A DNA stretch of 45,433 nt from Octopus bimaculoides (Eukaryota): NCBI RefSeq assembly GCF_001194135.2, contig NC_068981.1:159939009-159984441 (forward strand). The letters are read 5' to 3'. Positions 1 through 11,037 of the stretch are shown here, one piece after another. Every line of letters starts with the position of its first letter. Position 1 is the stretch's first letter. The notes under the pieces are model-generated. The model had not been told where the DNA came from, ran no database searches, and saw only the letters and a list, made by a program, of their open reading frames with translations. The position numbers were made by a program, and so were the translations under genes.

Positions 1-196
1 TTATTTTATTTTATATTGTATATTGTATATCATATTATATATTGTATATTCCATATTCTATACCCCACATTAGTTCTGCAGGAATATAAATAAAACATAA
101 AAAACAGACAGTGTTGGAACTCTTTTAAGCAAAATAATATATTCCTCTATACACAATCATACAAAAAACCCCACCTTTTTTGTATTTATTTTTACT

Positions 197-232
<36 letters not shown>

Positions 233-238
<6 letters not shown>

Positions 239-735
239 GCAGTGAATAAACTCTCGTCTAAATTATACAAGAATGAAAATAACATTGGCTTCTCATTTTA
301 ACAGATATATTTACTGAAATTACATAAAAAGTATCTTGAAATACTAAAGAATAAATTTATTCAATAAAAGCGCTACTCGCTTCATCCACAGCCTCCAGAC
401 GACTTTGGAATCTCCTGTAACTCATCTGGATCCATGTGGAAAGATGAATGGAGGCATAACGTCACCATCACTAGTGATCACTCCAAATACCATGATGTTG
501 ACTGGATGTTTGATTTTTATCACTGTTGGTACATGTCCTCAGATTGTACTGTCCTCAGATTGACACCCAAACACTCTGAAATATTCGTATTGGAGCTTCT
601 GGTGCAAATGCCAAGCAGTTCAGTATGTCATTTCCAAATTTCTAGGAGAGGGAATTGCGCCATGGTTCTATTTTTCTTACACATGGTGTGCAAAATTGAA
701 AATATTAAATGGCAACAATTTATCCATCGCAACCT

Positions 736-736
<1 letters not shown>
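233..736 (-). mobile_element. Internally deleted Tc1/mariner-superfamily element, DD37D/maT-like
   Basis: Minus strand from ATG at 663 gives MAQFPLLEIWK*HTELLGICTRSSNTNISECLGVNLRTVQ (N-terminal HTH-like), then VPTVIKIKHPVNIMVFGVITSDGDVMPPFIFPHG (catalytic-core motif), then RRFQSRLEAVDEASSAFIE* (C-terminus). The end abuts a (TA)n tract at 200-234. Confidence 0.8.
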
Positions 737-738
<2 letters not shown>

Positions 739-773
<35 letters not shown>

Positions 774-789
774 GTGTGTGTGTGTGTGT
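739..789. repeat. (TG)n microsatellite
   Basis: Direct observation. Confidence 0.98.
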
Positions 790-794
790 ATGAC

Positions 795-890
795 AAGCTT
801 CCTTCAGACTTTGTCAACCAAATCCACCTACAATGCTTTGGTCACCCTGGGGCTGTAATAGAAGACACTTATCCAAAGTGCTACGCAGTG
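795..890 (-). mobile_element. tRNA-SINE family B fragment
   Basis: Reverse complement matches the caccttgggcaagtgtcttctactatagc...gtgagtggatttgg segment shared by the copies at 9301, 22422 and 24343. Confidence 0.7.
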
Positions 891-1095
891 TGTATGCAGA
901 TCATCATCATCATCATCACACACAGACACACATGAATTCACAAGCTTTATTAGGCATACAAAGCTGCAAGAACCAGAATGAATGCTACAAAACATTTTCC
1001 TGATACCCAACAATAAATACTAAGGCCTATTCTTATATGCATGTAGCAATATATATATGTACATATGTATGTGTGTACTACATACATATGTATGT

Positions 1096-1215
1096 NNNNN
1101 NNNNNNNNNNNNNNNNNNNNNNNNNNNNNNNNNNNNNNNNNNNNNNNNNNNNNNNNNNNNNNNNNNNNNNNNNNNNNNNNNNNNNNNNNNNNNNNNNNNN
1201 NNNNNNNNNNNNNNN
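1096..1215. other. Assembly gap (120 N) inside a compound TA/TATG/CA microsatellite (1050-1466)
   Basis: N run. Confidence 1.
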
Positions 1216-1469
1216 ATATATATATATATATACATACATATATATACTTTTATTTATATGTGTATATTTGTATCTATCTATCTACCATTCTCTGTCTGTC
1301 TGTCTATGTATGTATGTATGTATGTATGTATGTATGTATGTTTGTATGTATGTATATATATATGTACATATGTATGTGTGTACTACATACATATGTATGT
1401 ACATGCATTCATACACACACACACATATGTGCACATGCACACACACACATGCACACACACACATGACAT

Positions 1470-2265
1470 AAAAAGGAATAAGCTTGAAGATAATTGCACG
1501 GAAGAAAATCATTTAGATATGGACAGAATCAACAGAAATTATTAAAAATAAGAGCAAGACGAAAATCAAAATTGTACTGGAAACTATATTAAAGAAAACA
1601 TGGGGAGAACCAGCTCCCTTTGGCCAACATCCAATAAGCCTCAACAGAAAGGAAATAAGTTGGTGTGAAAGCTAACAATAGTGAAACACTCTGGAATAAA
1701 AGCGGAAATGGAAGGTCTGTTAACTGCACAGGATCAATGCAAAAAAAGAAGAAAAAAAATAGATAAAAGCTTACCAACAACAAACTATTGTAATCATTAT
1801 AATCAGTACAAAGGAATAATTGACTATGCAATTTCTGGCAATCCAGTCCTTGCAAATATAGAATATATCCATAGGTATGACTAGGTTTGTAGTTATTATG
1901 ATCATTGAGCAATAAGCTGCCAACATGACAATAGAGAGGAAGAGATGTAAGCATATATCAAGTTTCATATATGATAATGACTTTGGCTGCAGTAATCTGG
2001 GACATACTTGTTTAAACTGAGGAGGATATCAAAGTGAACCATCCAGATATTAGAATCAAAAGTAGGAATGAAAACCTATGAACTCTGATAGACATCACAA
2101 CCCCTTCTGACCAAAACGTCATAAAAAAAAAGCATCATAGCACAAGGATCTTGAAGTGGAAATAAGTGTAGGGTGTGTGGTATGAAAGTAAAAACAGCAA
2201 CAATAACAGTTTTTGCACTGGGTATGATTGAAGAATAAAATAATCAACAGCATAAAAACCATACC
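1470..2265 (+). mobile_element. R4/Dong-like (RLE-type) non-LTR retrotransposon 3' fragment, decayed
   Basis: WGEPAPFGQHP; SGIKAEMEGLLTAQDQ; IIDYAISGNPVLANIEYIHRYD (zinc-knuckle region); IWDILV*TEEDIKVNHPDIRI...LIDITTPSDQNV (PD..D endonuclease motif, PD at 2043-2048, D at 2091); KDLEVEI...VFALGMI. Contains stops and frameshifts. Confidence 0.85.
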
Positions 2266-2267
2266 TG

Positions 2268-2830
2268 TGCTTACTGCAGCATCCCAAAATTAGAACACCT
2301 CACCAGCAAAAGTTTCATTCAATCTTGAACATGAAATGGGAATACTATGTGACTAACAACAAAATCCTGGAAAGAGCCAACAAGCAAAGCATCAAATCAC
2401 TGATCATGAAACACCGTCTTTGCTGGTCAGGATATGTAGCAAGAATGGAAGAGTCAAGGTTCCCATGCCAAAGCTTATTCAGTGAACTCACTTCGGGGAA
2501 AAGACCACAGGGATGCTCTCTTCAAAGATACAAGGATCAACTTAAAACAACACTGAAAGTCACTGGACTTGAGCCTAAATTGTTTGAAATACAAGCCTGA
2601 GATCATACCAACTGGCAGTGCTCCATCACCATCAGAACCAAAAACTTCGAAGCCACCAGAAGAGTAAAGGAAGAAATCAAGCAACAGGAGAGAAAGACTC
2701 AGCAAAATTAACATCATCCTCCATTAACATTACCATTCAGTCAATGCCATTGACTCTTCAATGCAATAATTAGCTTACTTAGTTATCAATGCCATCGCCA
2801 TAAAGGAAGCATTCAGCAAAGAAGAAATTA
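2268..2830 (+). mobile_element. RTE-clade LINE 3' fragment
   Basis: ORF 2325-2600 (LNMKWEYYVTNNKILERA...LCWSGYVARMEESRFP...ELTSGKRPQG...RYKDQLK) matches the RTE C-terminal consensus (LRWxGHVxRM, GKRxxG, RYKDxLK). Confidence 0.88.
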
Positions 2831-2875
2831 AATTCTCAGAAATGAGATAAAGCTGTCACTGCTTATGATATATAT

Positions 2876-2877
<2 letters not shown>

Positions 2878-2946
<69 letters not shown>

Positions 2947-2981
2947 TACACACACACACACACACACATACACACACACAA
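2878..2981. repeat. (CA)n microsatellite
   Basis: Direct observation. Confidence 0.98.
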
Positions 2982-2994
2982 ATATATGTATATA

Positions 2995-3450
2995 TGGGTA
3001 CAGGACATCACCAAGAGTAAACAATATGAAATATGAAGACAAATGAGTTCAATACGCAAACAACGAGAGAAACAAATGGAAAACAGGACAAATAACAGAA
3101 AGAACGACCTTTCATCAGTTATCGGCTGTCTATCTACTCCTCATTTTGAGCATTGACTGACAATATGAGTCTTCAAAGACAGTTGCGCCCATAAGTCGCA
3201 AAATAAAATTTGGGATTTATGGAGGGTCAAAGTTGAGAGCAATAACAGGACAGTGGAGATATAGAAGGAAACCGAATGAAAATAAACATGGAGGGTTATT
3301 AGACCAGAACGAGGGTAAAATAGCAAATGCTGGAGAAATATTTTCTTTGAAAAGAGAAGAGATAGAAGAGAGAGATAGAATACGTCCAGTCCTGAAGGAA
3401 AAGAAAGGTGATCACATGAAGAAAAGAAAGATGGATGATGGTCGTGTGTG
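2995..3450 (-). mobile_element. Probable Penelope-like element 3'/pLTR remnant
   Basis: Minus strand has a pyrimidine-rich body, a CTGATGAAAGG core and ends GTCCTGTACCC into an AT/CA microsatellite. Same architecture as 37455-38035. No coding part is visible. Confidence 0.5.
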
Positions 3451-3454
3451 AGTA

Positions 3455-3600
3455 ATGAGAGAGAGAGAAAGAGAAAGAGGGAGAGTGAGAGAGAGAAAGA
3501 GAAAGAAGGGGAGAGAGAGAGAAAGAGAAAGAGGGGGAGAGAGAGAGACAGATTGAAAACGGTGAAGGGGAGAAAAAGGGAATTAGAGAAATGGAAGGGG
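3455..3600. repeat. (GA)-rich simple repeat
   Basis: Direct observation. Confidence 0.95.
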
Positions 3601-3899
3601 AGAAAACAGTATAGAGTAGAGTCATGCTAACAATTTTGCCAGCTCACAGCCTTATTTTAAACATAATGACAGACGAAATGCTGCTAAGCATTTTTCTTGG
3701 CATGCCAATGATTCTTCCAGTTTGCTGCCTTCAACTAAAATCAGTCACATTGCCATGAATATTCACACCTGTCTCAGAATACTGAATATCCCAATCACTT
3801 ATCTCACTATCACATATCCCTCTCATGTCTATCATTCCTGCCTCTATCATTCATGCCTCTCACATTGTAAAGAAAAAAATGAGCAAGTAGTGGAGTTCT

Positions 3900-4160
3900 G
3901 AGGCCCCTTTACTCATGTGGAAGACATGGCTACCTCTCTAGTACCGGTGACATCAAAAACACACCCAGTACACTCAGTAAAAGGGTTGATGTTAAGATGT
4001 GCATCCAGCTTCACAAACCAGGTCAAAATGAAATGTAATCAAAATAAGGCCTCTTCTTGTCTAGTTGGGCAAACTCACCCAACTCATGTCAGCATATACA
4101 GTGGATGTAAAACAATAATGATGATGATGAGGAGGAGGATGATGATGGTGGTGGTGGTGA
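3900..4160 (+). mobile_element. Old copy of RTE-type 3' tail repeat ending in (GAT)n
   Basis: cccagtacactc...catccagc...ccaactcatgtcagcat...(gat)n; degenerate version of 38700-38995 and 39907-40203. Confidence 0.6.
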
Positions 4161-4169
4161 TATACTGAT

Positions 4170-4790
4170 ATATGGAAGGTACCATACCTAATGACAGGCA
4201 TTCTAATCTCACTGCTTACTTTTACTTAGCTGATGACATCACAACACATTGATGCATAGCTCTCACAAACAACTCCTGTTCACTCAGCTTTCTTAGTGAC
4301 CACCATACTACAGCACACAGAACTTTATCAAAGGCCTTCTCCAGGTCAACAAATGCTCGGTGTAAAGGCTTATTTTAACTAAGTAGTTTGCCAGTGGTGG
4401 ATTCACGAAGAAAAGGATATCATTGACAGCTCATTTTGGTACAAATCTAAACTGCATTTCACCAAGTCTAGTTCTCTCCAAATCAGTTTGTTCCTTTCAT
4501 AACTTGGCCCCTCATTTTAATGCTTCTGTAATTGCTTCTTTCTAGAGCATCACCTTTACCCTTGTCGAAGTTACTGCTACAACTATGCTTGTCATTGGGT
4601 ATGACACCTTCCTGTTCTATTTAATTAACTATGCAAATGACTAGCGTGGGACCTGCTTTGTTGAATAGTTTCAACATCTTTATGACTATCTCCATGAAGG
4701 ACCAGCTGTCTTCCCTGCATTTGCATTTTTGTGCTTTCAACCACACAGCTTTCAATGTCAACAGCTAGTCCCTCATTTGCATAATTATTA
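4170..4790 (-). mobile_element. RTE-clade LINE reverse-transcriptase fragment, decayed
   Basis: Minus strand: KGKGDALERSNYRSIK...EMQFRFVP...NKPLHRAFVDLEKAFDKVLCAVVWWSLRKL (RT motif D.EKAFD). Confidence 0.85.
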
Positions 4791-5149
4791 TCTTTACATC
4801 AATCCTTTCTACTCATGTATTATCCATGTATTACTATAATACCTGTATTGTGCTCTTTTAATAATAATGTATTTGCATTATCAGTGTTTTATTTTTTTAG
4901 AGTTACATATATTTTGCATAACAATGTCATGTGACTCATCTCAGTTGTCATATAATGTAAACTCTTTAACATGGTTACCTTTGTAGAGAGTCAAAGAAGA
5001 CATATTCTGTTATCGTGGATTAGTACAGTTGTGCTTTGGGAACAGCAGCCAGTCAGAGCTGGTTGTGTACCTATAAAAGCAACAGTCATCAGAACAGCAG
5101 AGCATGCCGTTTGGCAGTCAAGTCAGCAGAAGACCTTGATACCACGACT

Positions 5150-5310
5150 ATCAGCAAACAGATCTCTACAACTGTCAGCAAACAAATTTCTACAATCATC
5201 AGCGAATAGATCCTACGACTGGCAGCAAACAGCACTGCACAACTGTCAGAAAATAGATCTCTACTACCATTGGCAGACAGATCTACACAACTGACAGCGG
5301 ACAGATCTTG
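5150..5310 (+). repeat. Degenerate ~22-24 bp minisatellite (cagcaaacagatctctacaactgt), about 6-7 units
   Basis: Repeated cagcaaacagatc / cagcgaatagatc / cagaaaatagatc / ggcagacagatc units. Confidence 0.8.
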
Positions 5311-6505
5311 ACATTTCAGACAAGAATTTGTACCACCGGTTACTGCCTGTTCATTTTTCTTACATCCTTAGCACTGTAAACTTCAAACCTACTTGTGCAA
5401 TTGTGAGTTTTCATGGCTTCCCTCTGACTCCTACATATATGCACTCACTTTGCTCAGCACTTGTCAACAATCCCAAATAAATTACTATGTTCTATTAACA
5501 AACATGCCTTCTGATATTTATTTCTACATACACTTATTTCCATGTTATATTGGGACATTGTTACATTCGAACACATAACAACCAACATAGTTACATTTAG
5601 AAATTATTACATTTCAAACTCGTTACAAGCATTTAAATTTTATTAAATTGGTGACTACTCTAAAACAGTTACACTTCAAACTTATTTCACTTAGAACATG
5701 TCATATCTTCTTTCTATATCAAGGAATCCTGTCTTTATGGCGTGCATTGCATGCAACTACATCTTTACTTAGTTATTCAGCTGATTAAAGCCAGTGGAGG
5801 TAAGGCTCACATGTGACTTTTGCTTTGCTTCCATAAACAATATCAATGGACTTGAACAAGTGCTTTGTCCTGGATTATAAACACAATGCATTTGGCAATA
5901 ATTTCTTATTGACAACATACCAATCATTATCTATTTTTCTTCATGTTTATTCTCATTGTTCTCACCTTCACCCTTCAGCCCTAAATTAATTTATTCTACC
6001 TTTAATTAATAGTTCTTACTTCTCATTGATTTTTCCATAATTTCATCACTTTTTTTAAAAGCTATTCAACAACTTCACCAATTTTGTTTTCTATCAAATC
6101 ACTAGATCATTAAATCATACATTCTTTACAACTCCTTCACCCTTCTTCCAAAAACAGCAAACATCTGCCTTTCTCTATGCCTTTCCAACCGACTTGTACT
6201 GCTCTAGTCAATTTGAACACTACCACCAGCTGACCTTCGGAGTTACTCCCCTCCACTCAACACATGACAGTAGCTTGTAGAACAAACTAATATCATTTTA
6301 GAATTATCTCTATTGCCTTCAAATTCATAATTTAGACTTTTAATTATATTATTACATGTAGCTCATTGATTATCAATTATCATCCCTCAGAAACCCAATA
6401 TTTCTCCTTTTTGTTCACTCCTCTCTCTTTCTCATTTCTTTATTTCTTTTTTCACATTATGTACAGACTACACAGTTAATCTCCACTGTTCTTACATTAT
6501 ATTTG

Positions 6506-6940
6506 GGCAGTGGATTGGGAGAATCTTTAAAGTATCAAACAAAGTACTTTGCAGTATTTCTTCCAACACTTTATGTTCTAAGCTCAAATCCTATTGAGGT
6601 CAGCTTTACCTTTCAGGGCCAATGAAATAAAGTAACGGTCAAGTATTGGAGTCAATGTAATCAATTGATCCCCTCCTTTCAAAACTGCTTGTCTTGTGAC
6701 AAAACCAGGAACCATATATAGGCAGCAAGCTGGCAGAATTATTAGAGCACTGGAAAAAATGCTTTGTGGTATTCATTCTGGGTCTTTATGCTCTAAGCTC
6801 AAATTTGCCTTTCATCCTTTTCACGGTCAATAAAATGAAGACCAGTTGACCCCTGGGGGTTGATGTAGTCAACTAGCTCACAGCCTCAAAATTTCTGGCC
6901 TTTGTGCTTGTAGTAGAAAGGATTGATGTTATTGTTGTTG

Positions 6941-6987
<47 letters not shown>

Positions 6988-7230
6988 ATTATTATCATTA
7001 TTATTGTTATTATTAGGTGGTGAGCTGGAAGAATCGTTAGTGCACCAGACAAAATGTTTTGTGGTATTTTTCCAGCTCTTTATGTTCTGAATTCAAATAC
7101 AGCCAAGGTCGACTTTGCCTTTCATCCTTTCAGGGTCGATTCAATAAGTACTAGTTACACACTGGAGTCAATGTAATAAACTTAATCCCTTCCTCCAAAT
7201 TTCAGGCCTTGTGCTTACAGTAGAAAGGAT
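6506..7230 (+). mobile_element. Three tandem tRNA-SINE family A copies (~6506-6715, 6720-6925, 7015-7230)
   Basis: Each has a gagctggcagaa-like head, a ttcaaat box and a tttgcctttcatcctttc core. Copies 2 and 3 end in agtagaaaggatt followed by (ATT)n. Confidence 0.85.
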
Positions 7231-7238
7231 TATTATCC

Positions 7239-7305
<67 letters not shown>
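6930..7305. repeat. (ATT)n tracts (6930-7015, 7229-7305) at SINE tails
   Basis: Direct observation. Confidence 0.95.
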
Positions 7306-7570
7306 TTTTTGCTTTTGAATGACCATCATGTTTATTGGCTCAATAGATCAAGCTTAATTGCCAATCCATTTTAACCATCACTTCTGGTCTATAAAAAACA
7401 ATTTTTGATCATTTAAGAAAGTAGCTGCTTGAGCACCTAACCTAATTTGATATTTATTGTTTATATTTATTGTCATGTATTGTTCCAACTGTAGATATGG
7501 AAGGTTTAATATTTTGCAATTTTATCTGTGTTTTTTACATCATCAAACTTCTGCAAAGTATGATGTTTAA

Positions 7571-7789
7571 CAATTTTGACACCACCCCTCTGAAATTGCC
7601 TCTGGTTTTATGATACAAACTTTCTGTTTAAACTAATCTAAATTAAAACTTTCCATTAGATTTAAATGTTAGTTTATGTTTCAAATACCATTTTAAAAAA
7701 GGCAAAAGCTATTTATTAGATTCTTCATTATTCTAAAAATTAACTGGAGCAAAGCAGTGTATTTCCAAAGAAATATGGTAACAAAAGTG
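7571..7789 (-). mobile_element. piggyBac-like MITE, decayed
   Basis: Follows TTAA (7567-7570) and ends tatggtaacaaaagtg + TTAT. Interior is the reverse complement of the 43392-43598 element. Confidence 0.6.
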
Positions 7790-7897
7790 TTATCCAATGT
7801 GATTTCTTTATGATTTAATTTTGCACAACCACCTACACTTTCCCTTGATGGCCTCTTTCTAGTCAACTTGGATTGGAGTAATGTATTATAAATATAC

Positions 7898-8133
7898 CTT
7901 AATGTTAGTAGTTAAATCCAGCAGAAGTGATGGTAGACAAGAAGTCACACCAAATAGCAAAACAGCAGAATCCAAGGAAAGTAGTGATATTCTGTTATCT
8001 TCTTTGGATGTAAAATTATGAGAAAGTGAAAGGAGTGGAGTGGAGTAATGAAGTGGTGGGGAAATACTATTTAGTTTAAAGTTAGTAGCAATTGACAAGG
8101 CGAGAAGAAAGTTAGTTGAAGCTGGCAAATATG
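7898..8133 (-). CDS. Candidate internal exon of an unidentified host gene (236 nt, phase 1 to 0)
   Basis: Acceptor gtttgtttttcattgatttcag|, donor AAG|gtatat, one open frame (YLPASTNFLLALSIATNFKLNS...LPSLLLDLTTNIK) in non-repetitive sequence. No family recognised. Confidence 0.3.
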
Positions 8134-9011
8134 CTGAAATCAATGAAAAACAAACTTATTTATTTGTATAAAATTATAAACAATCTGTTGGTGGTAACAA
8201 AAGTAACAACTGTTATTTAGAAAGTATTCAATACACAATATAGACAGAGAGAAATGGATTTTTTTCTTCACTGGTAAATATTGACACTTATGGGACAATC
8301 AAGCTATTTTGTAAAGACATCATTTTTGAGTAAGACTGAAGTAAAGTAGATTAAATCAGTTAAAACGGTAACTAAATCAAAGTCAATGTGAAACAAAATA
8401 ATACTAACAACCATACACATGAATTTTGAATAAGTACTCATGGATTTATAACCACTAATTATGGTAGAGACTTAAAAGTATTATTTAATGTATTAGGCAG
8501 ATCAAATTTTTTATGACTAGAACAATATGCAAGCATAAGTAAGCACACCTGCTGACTCACACATGCTTAGAGAGATATAGTACCTGGTTAGTGATGTTGG
8601 GAAACAGCTTGTGAAATCTATACAAACTAAGTTTTCAGTCGATACTGTTCAGGTTTATTTTATTGGCAGCTGTGTAATAGAGTCTTTGCAAAAGTGTAGT
8701 GAAACCCTCGATGGTATAAAGATTTCAAAGATTATTATTCTCTCTCATAAGCTTCACCACTAGAAAGTATGTACCATTTAAGTTGATAAGGTATTGAATT
8801 CATCATTTAATAATTATATGTATGAAACCAAAGAAGTTTGTTTGCTTTGTTAAAGAAATGAACATGAGGAATAAATTTAGATTTAAACATGTCTGAGGCC
8901 AAACTAACACAAGCTTTTGTTTTATCTTTAAAGGTAACAAACATTGATGTACAATATCCTTAGTTATGCAATAAGATCTAGAAGGTAGTTGAGATTGGGG
9001 GATCAGAGCAG

Positions 9012-9048
<37 letters not shown>

Positions 9049-9051
<3 letters not shown>

Positions 9052-9291
9052 CCTTTATTGAACACATAAAGCAAAATATGCCAAATATGCTCCTTTGTCA
9101 CTTCCATTATAACTTTGAAAAAATAACTGCTAAAATCAATCTGCACTCTTCAAAACTTGCACTAAAATTAAGGACAAGGTAAAATTACTACCTGCTTTTA
9201 TAGCAAGTTGATGCAGGTAGTTTATCCCATCCCCCTCCAACTTTTAGTCCATGCAATTGAAAAAAACCACATTATTTATGAGATGACCCAA
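9049..9291 (-). mobile_element. Mariner 5' end with left TIR
   Basis: TA|TTGGGTCATCTCATAAATAATG terminus, then MEVTKEHIWHILLYVFNKG. Closely similar to 27901-28130; truncated at the (GT)n tract 9013-9049. Confidence 0.85.
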
Positions 9292-9300
9292 TATATAAAA

Positions 9301-9500
9301 AGGCATAGGTATGGCTGTGTGGTATGAAGCTTGCTTCCTAATCACATGGTTCCAGGTTCAGTCCCAATGCATGACACCTTGAGCAAGTGTCTTCTACTAA
9401 AGTCTTAGACTGATCAAAGCCTTGTGAGTGGATTTGGTGGATGGAAACTGAAAGAAGCACATTACATGTGTGTGTGTGTGTGTGTGTCTTTGCGTCTATG
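9301..9500 (+). mobile_element. tRNA-SINE family B (5' half)
   Basis: A-box-like tggctgtgtgg, B-box-like ggttcagtccc, then gagcaagtgtcttctact and gaaactgaaagaagc, then (GT)n. Confidence 0.85.
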
Positions 9501-9514
9501 TATTTTTGTGTTTT

Positions 9515-9895
9515 TGTGTCTGGTGTAGGAGGTTGGTCCAGGATTTTTTTGAGAAATTTGTCCAGAGATCTTTTGAATTTTATGGGATCTGTTTCCGTTT
9601 TGATGCGTTTTGGTATAATATTAAAGAGAGCTGGACCAGTTGAGGTAAAGCAGTTGTGTCATAATGTTGTTATGTGTCTTGAGTTCAATTTTTGTAGTGA
9701 ACAAATAGCATGGGGGCCAAGTCTTGAGTGGATTTTAAACTTGATGCCAACATCATTTGTGCAATATTGATGGAATATTTTCCACATCACACAAATACTG
9801 TAACACTCACAGCAGTGTTGGGGAGAGTAAATGCATCAGTTCCAACTTAAACCACAGATCCAACTCAGGGCTAGTTCTAAGTGTAGTGTAGGTAT
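9515..9895 (-). mobile_element. CR1-clade LINE 3' fragment
   Basis: Minus strand: MWKIFHQYCTNDVGIKFKIHSRLGP...TGPALFNIIPKRIKTETDPIKFKRSLDKFLKKILDQPPTP (GPxLFNxxP...FKxxLDKFL motif). Confidence 0.85.
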
Positions 9896-10063
9896 AAAAA
9901 GAATACAATTGGGGTTTAGAATTTACTAAATAGCTGTTTCAGTATTGATGTATTCATAGATTACATCATAGCATAAATCTACCATTTTCGGGTAAAATTT
10001 GAAACAGGCATAAATAGGTGAGATAAAACTTTGAAGATGATTAGTCCAGCAACATATTGGATA

Positions 10064-10279
10064 CAAAGGAGTGTTGAAAGGTTCCTGGCTTTGGAGAAAA
10101 GAAAATACAGGAGGATCAGTTAATTTGATTTTATTTAACATATTCCCCTCTCAGATTCACACACTTATTGCAGTGGTCCCTCAGTTTTTGTAAGCTCTGC
10201 AAAAGAAATCGAAAAGTTGGGTCTCCAGCCTGACCTTTCATGATACCCTTAAAGTCAGGGGCTTTTCAGTACCTCCTCG
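10064..10279 (-). mobile_element. Mariner-derived MITE (216 bp)
   Basis: Imperfect ~29-bp TIRs (caaaggagtgttgaaaggttcctggcttt / aaagtcaggggcttttcagtacctcctcg), TA on both sides, and an internal minus-strand KLRDHCNKCVNLRGEYVK* mariner C-terminus. Confidence 0.85.
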
Positions 10280-10529
10280 TATATATCCAATATGGATTAA
10301 AGCTATGATGTAGTCTATGAGTACATCAATAGAGTTCTACTGAAACAACTGTCATAAATGTCCAACCTCATTTGTATTCTTTTATATGTATGTATATATT
10401 TATGTATATATATATATACATACATATACATATATATTCATATATATATATCTATATACATATATATATCAGTATGGAAAATGGGCATTAAATGATTGCA
10501 CACATACATGTATACACATGCACACACGT

Positions 10530-10574
<45 letters not shown>

Positions 10575-10979
10575 NNNNNNNNNNNNNNNNNNNNNNNNNN
10601 NNNNNNNNNNNNNNNNNNNNNNNNNNNNNNNNNNNNNNNNNNNNNNNNNNNNNNNNNNNNNNNNNNNNNNNNNNNNNNNNNNNNNNNNNNNNNNNNNNNN
10701 NNNNNNNNNNNNNNNNNNNNNNNNNNNNNNNNNNNNNNNNNNNNNNNNNNNNNNNNNNNNNNNNNNNNNNNNNNNNNNNNNNNNNNNNNNNNNNNNNNNN
10801 NNNNNNNNNNNNNNNNNNNNNNNNNNNNNNNNNNNNNNNNNNNNNNNNNNNNNNNNNNNNNNNNNNNNNNNNNNNNNNNNNNNNNNNNNNNNNNNNNNNN
10901 NNNNNNNNNNNNNNNNNNNNNNNNNNNNNNNNNNNNNNNNNNNNNNNNNNNNNNNNNNNNNNNNNNNNNNNNNNNNNNN
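10575..10979. other. Assembly gap (405 N) flanked by (CA)n and (GT)n
   Basis: N run. Confidence 1.

Positions 10980-11037
<58 letters not shown>

Noticed and set aside
1050-1400. ~46-bp duplication (1050-1095 and 1354-1400) containing a 16-bp palindrome
   Set aside because: It is low-complexity sequence abutting a gap, so an assembly artefact cannot be excluded.
434-1545. ORFs ending in poly-CV, HT or MYVC runs
   Set aside because: They are translations of microsatellites and N gaps. The real coding signal at 430-663 is on the opposite strand.
5781-5799. 19-nt microexon-like segment (LIKASG) with good splice sites
   Set aside because: Too short, with no compatible partner exon identified; expected by chance.
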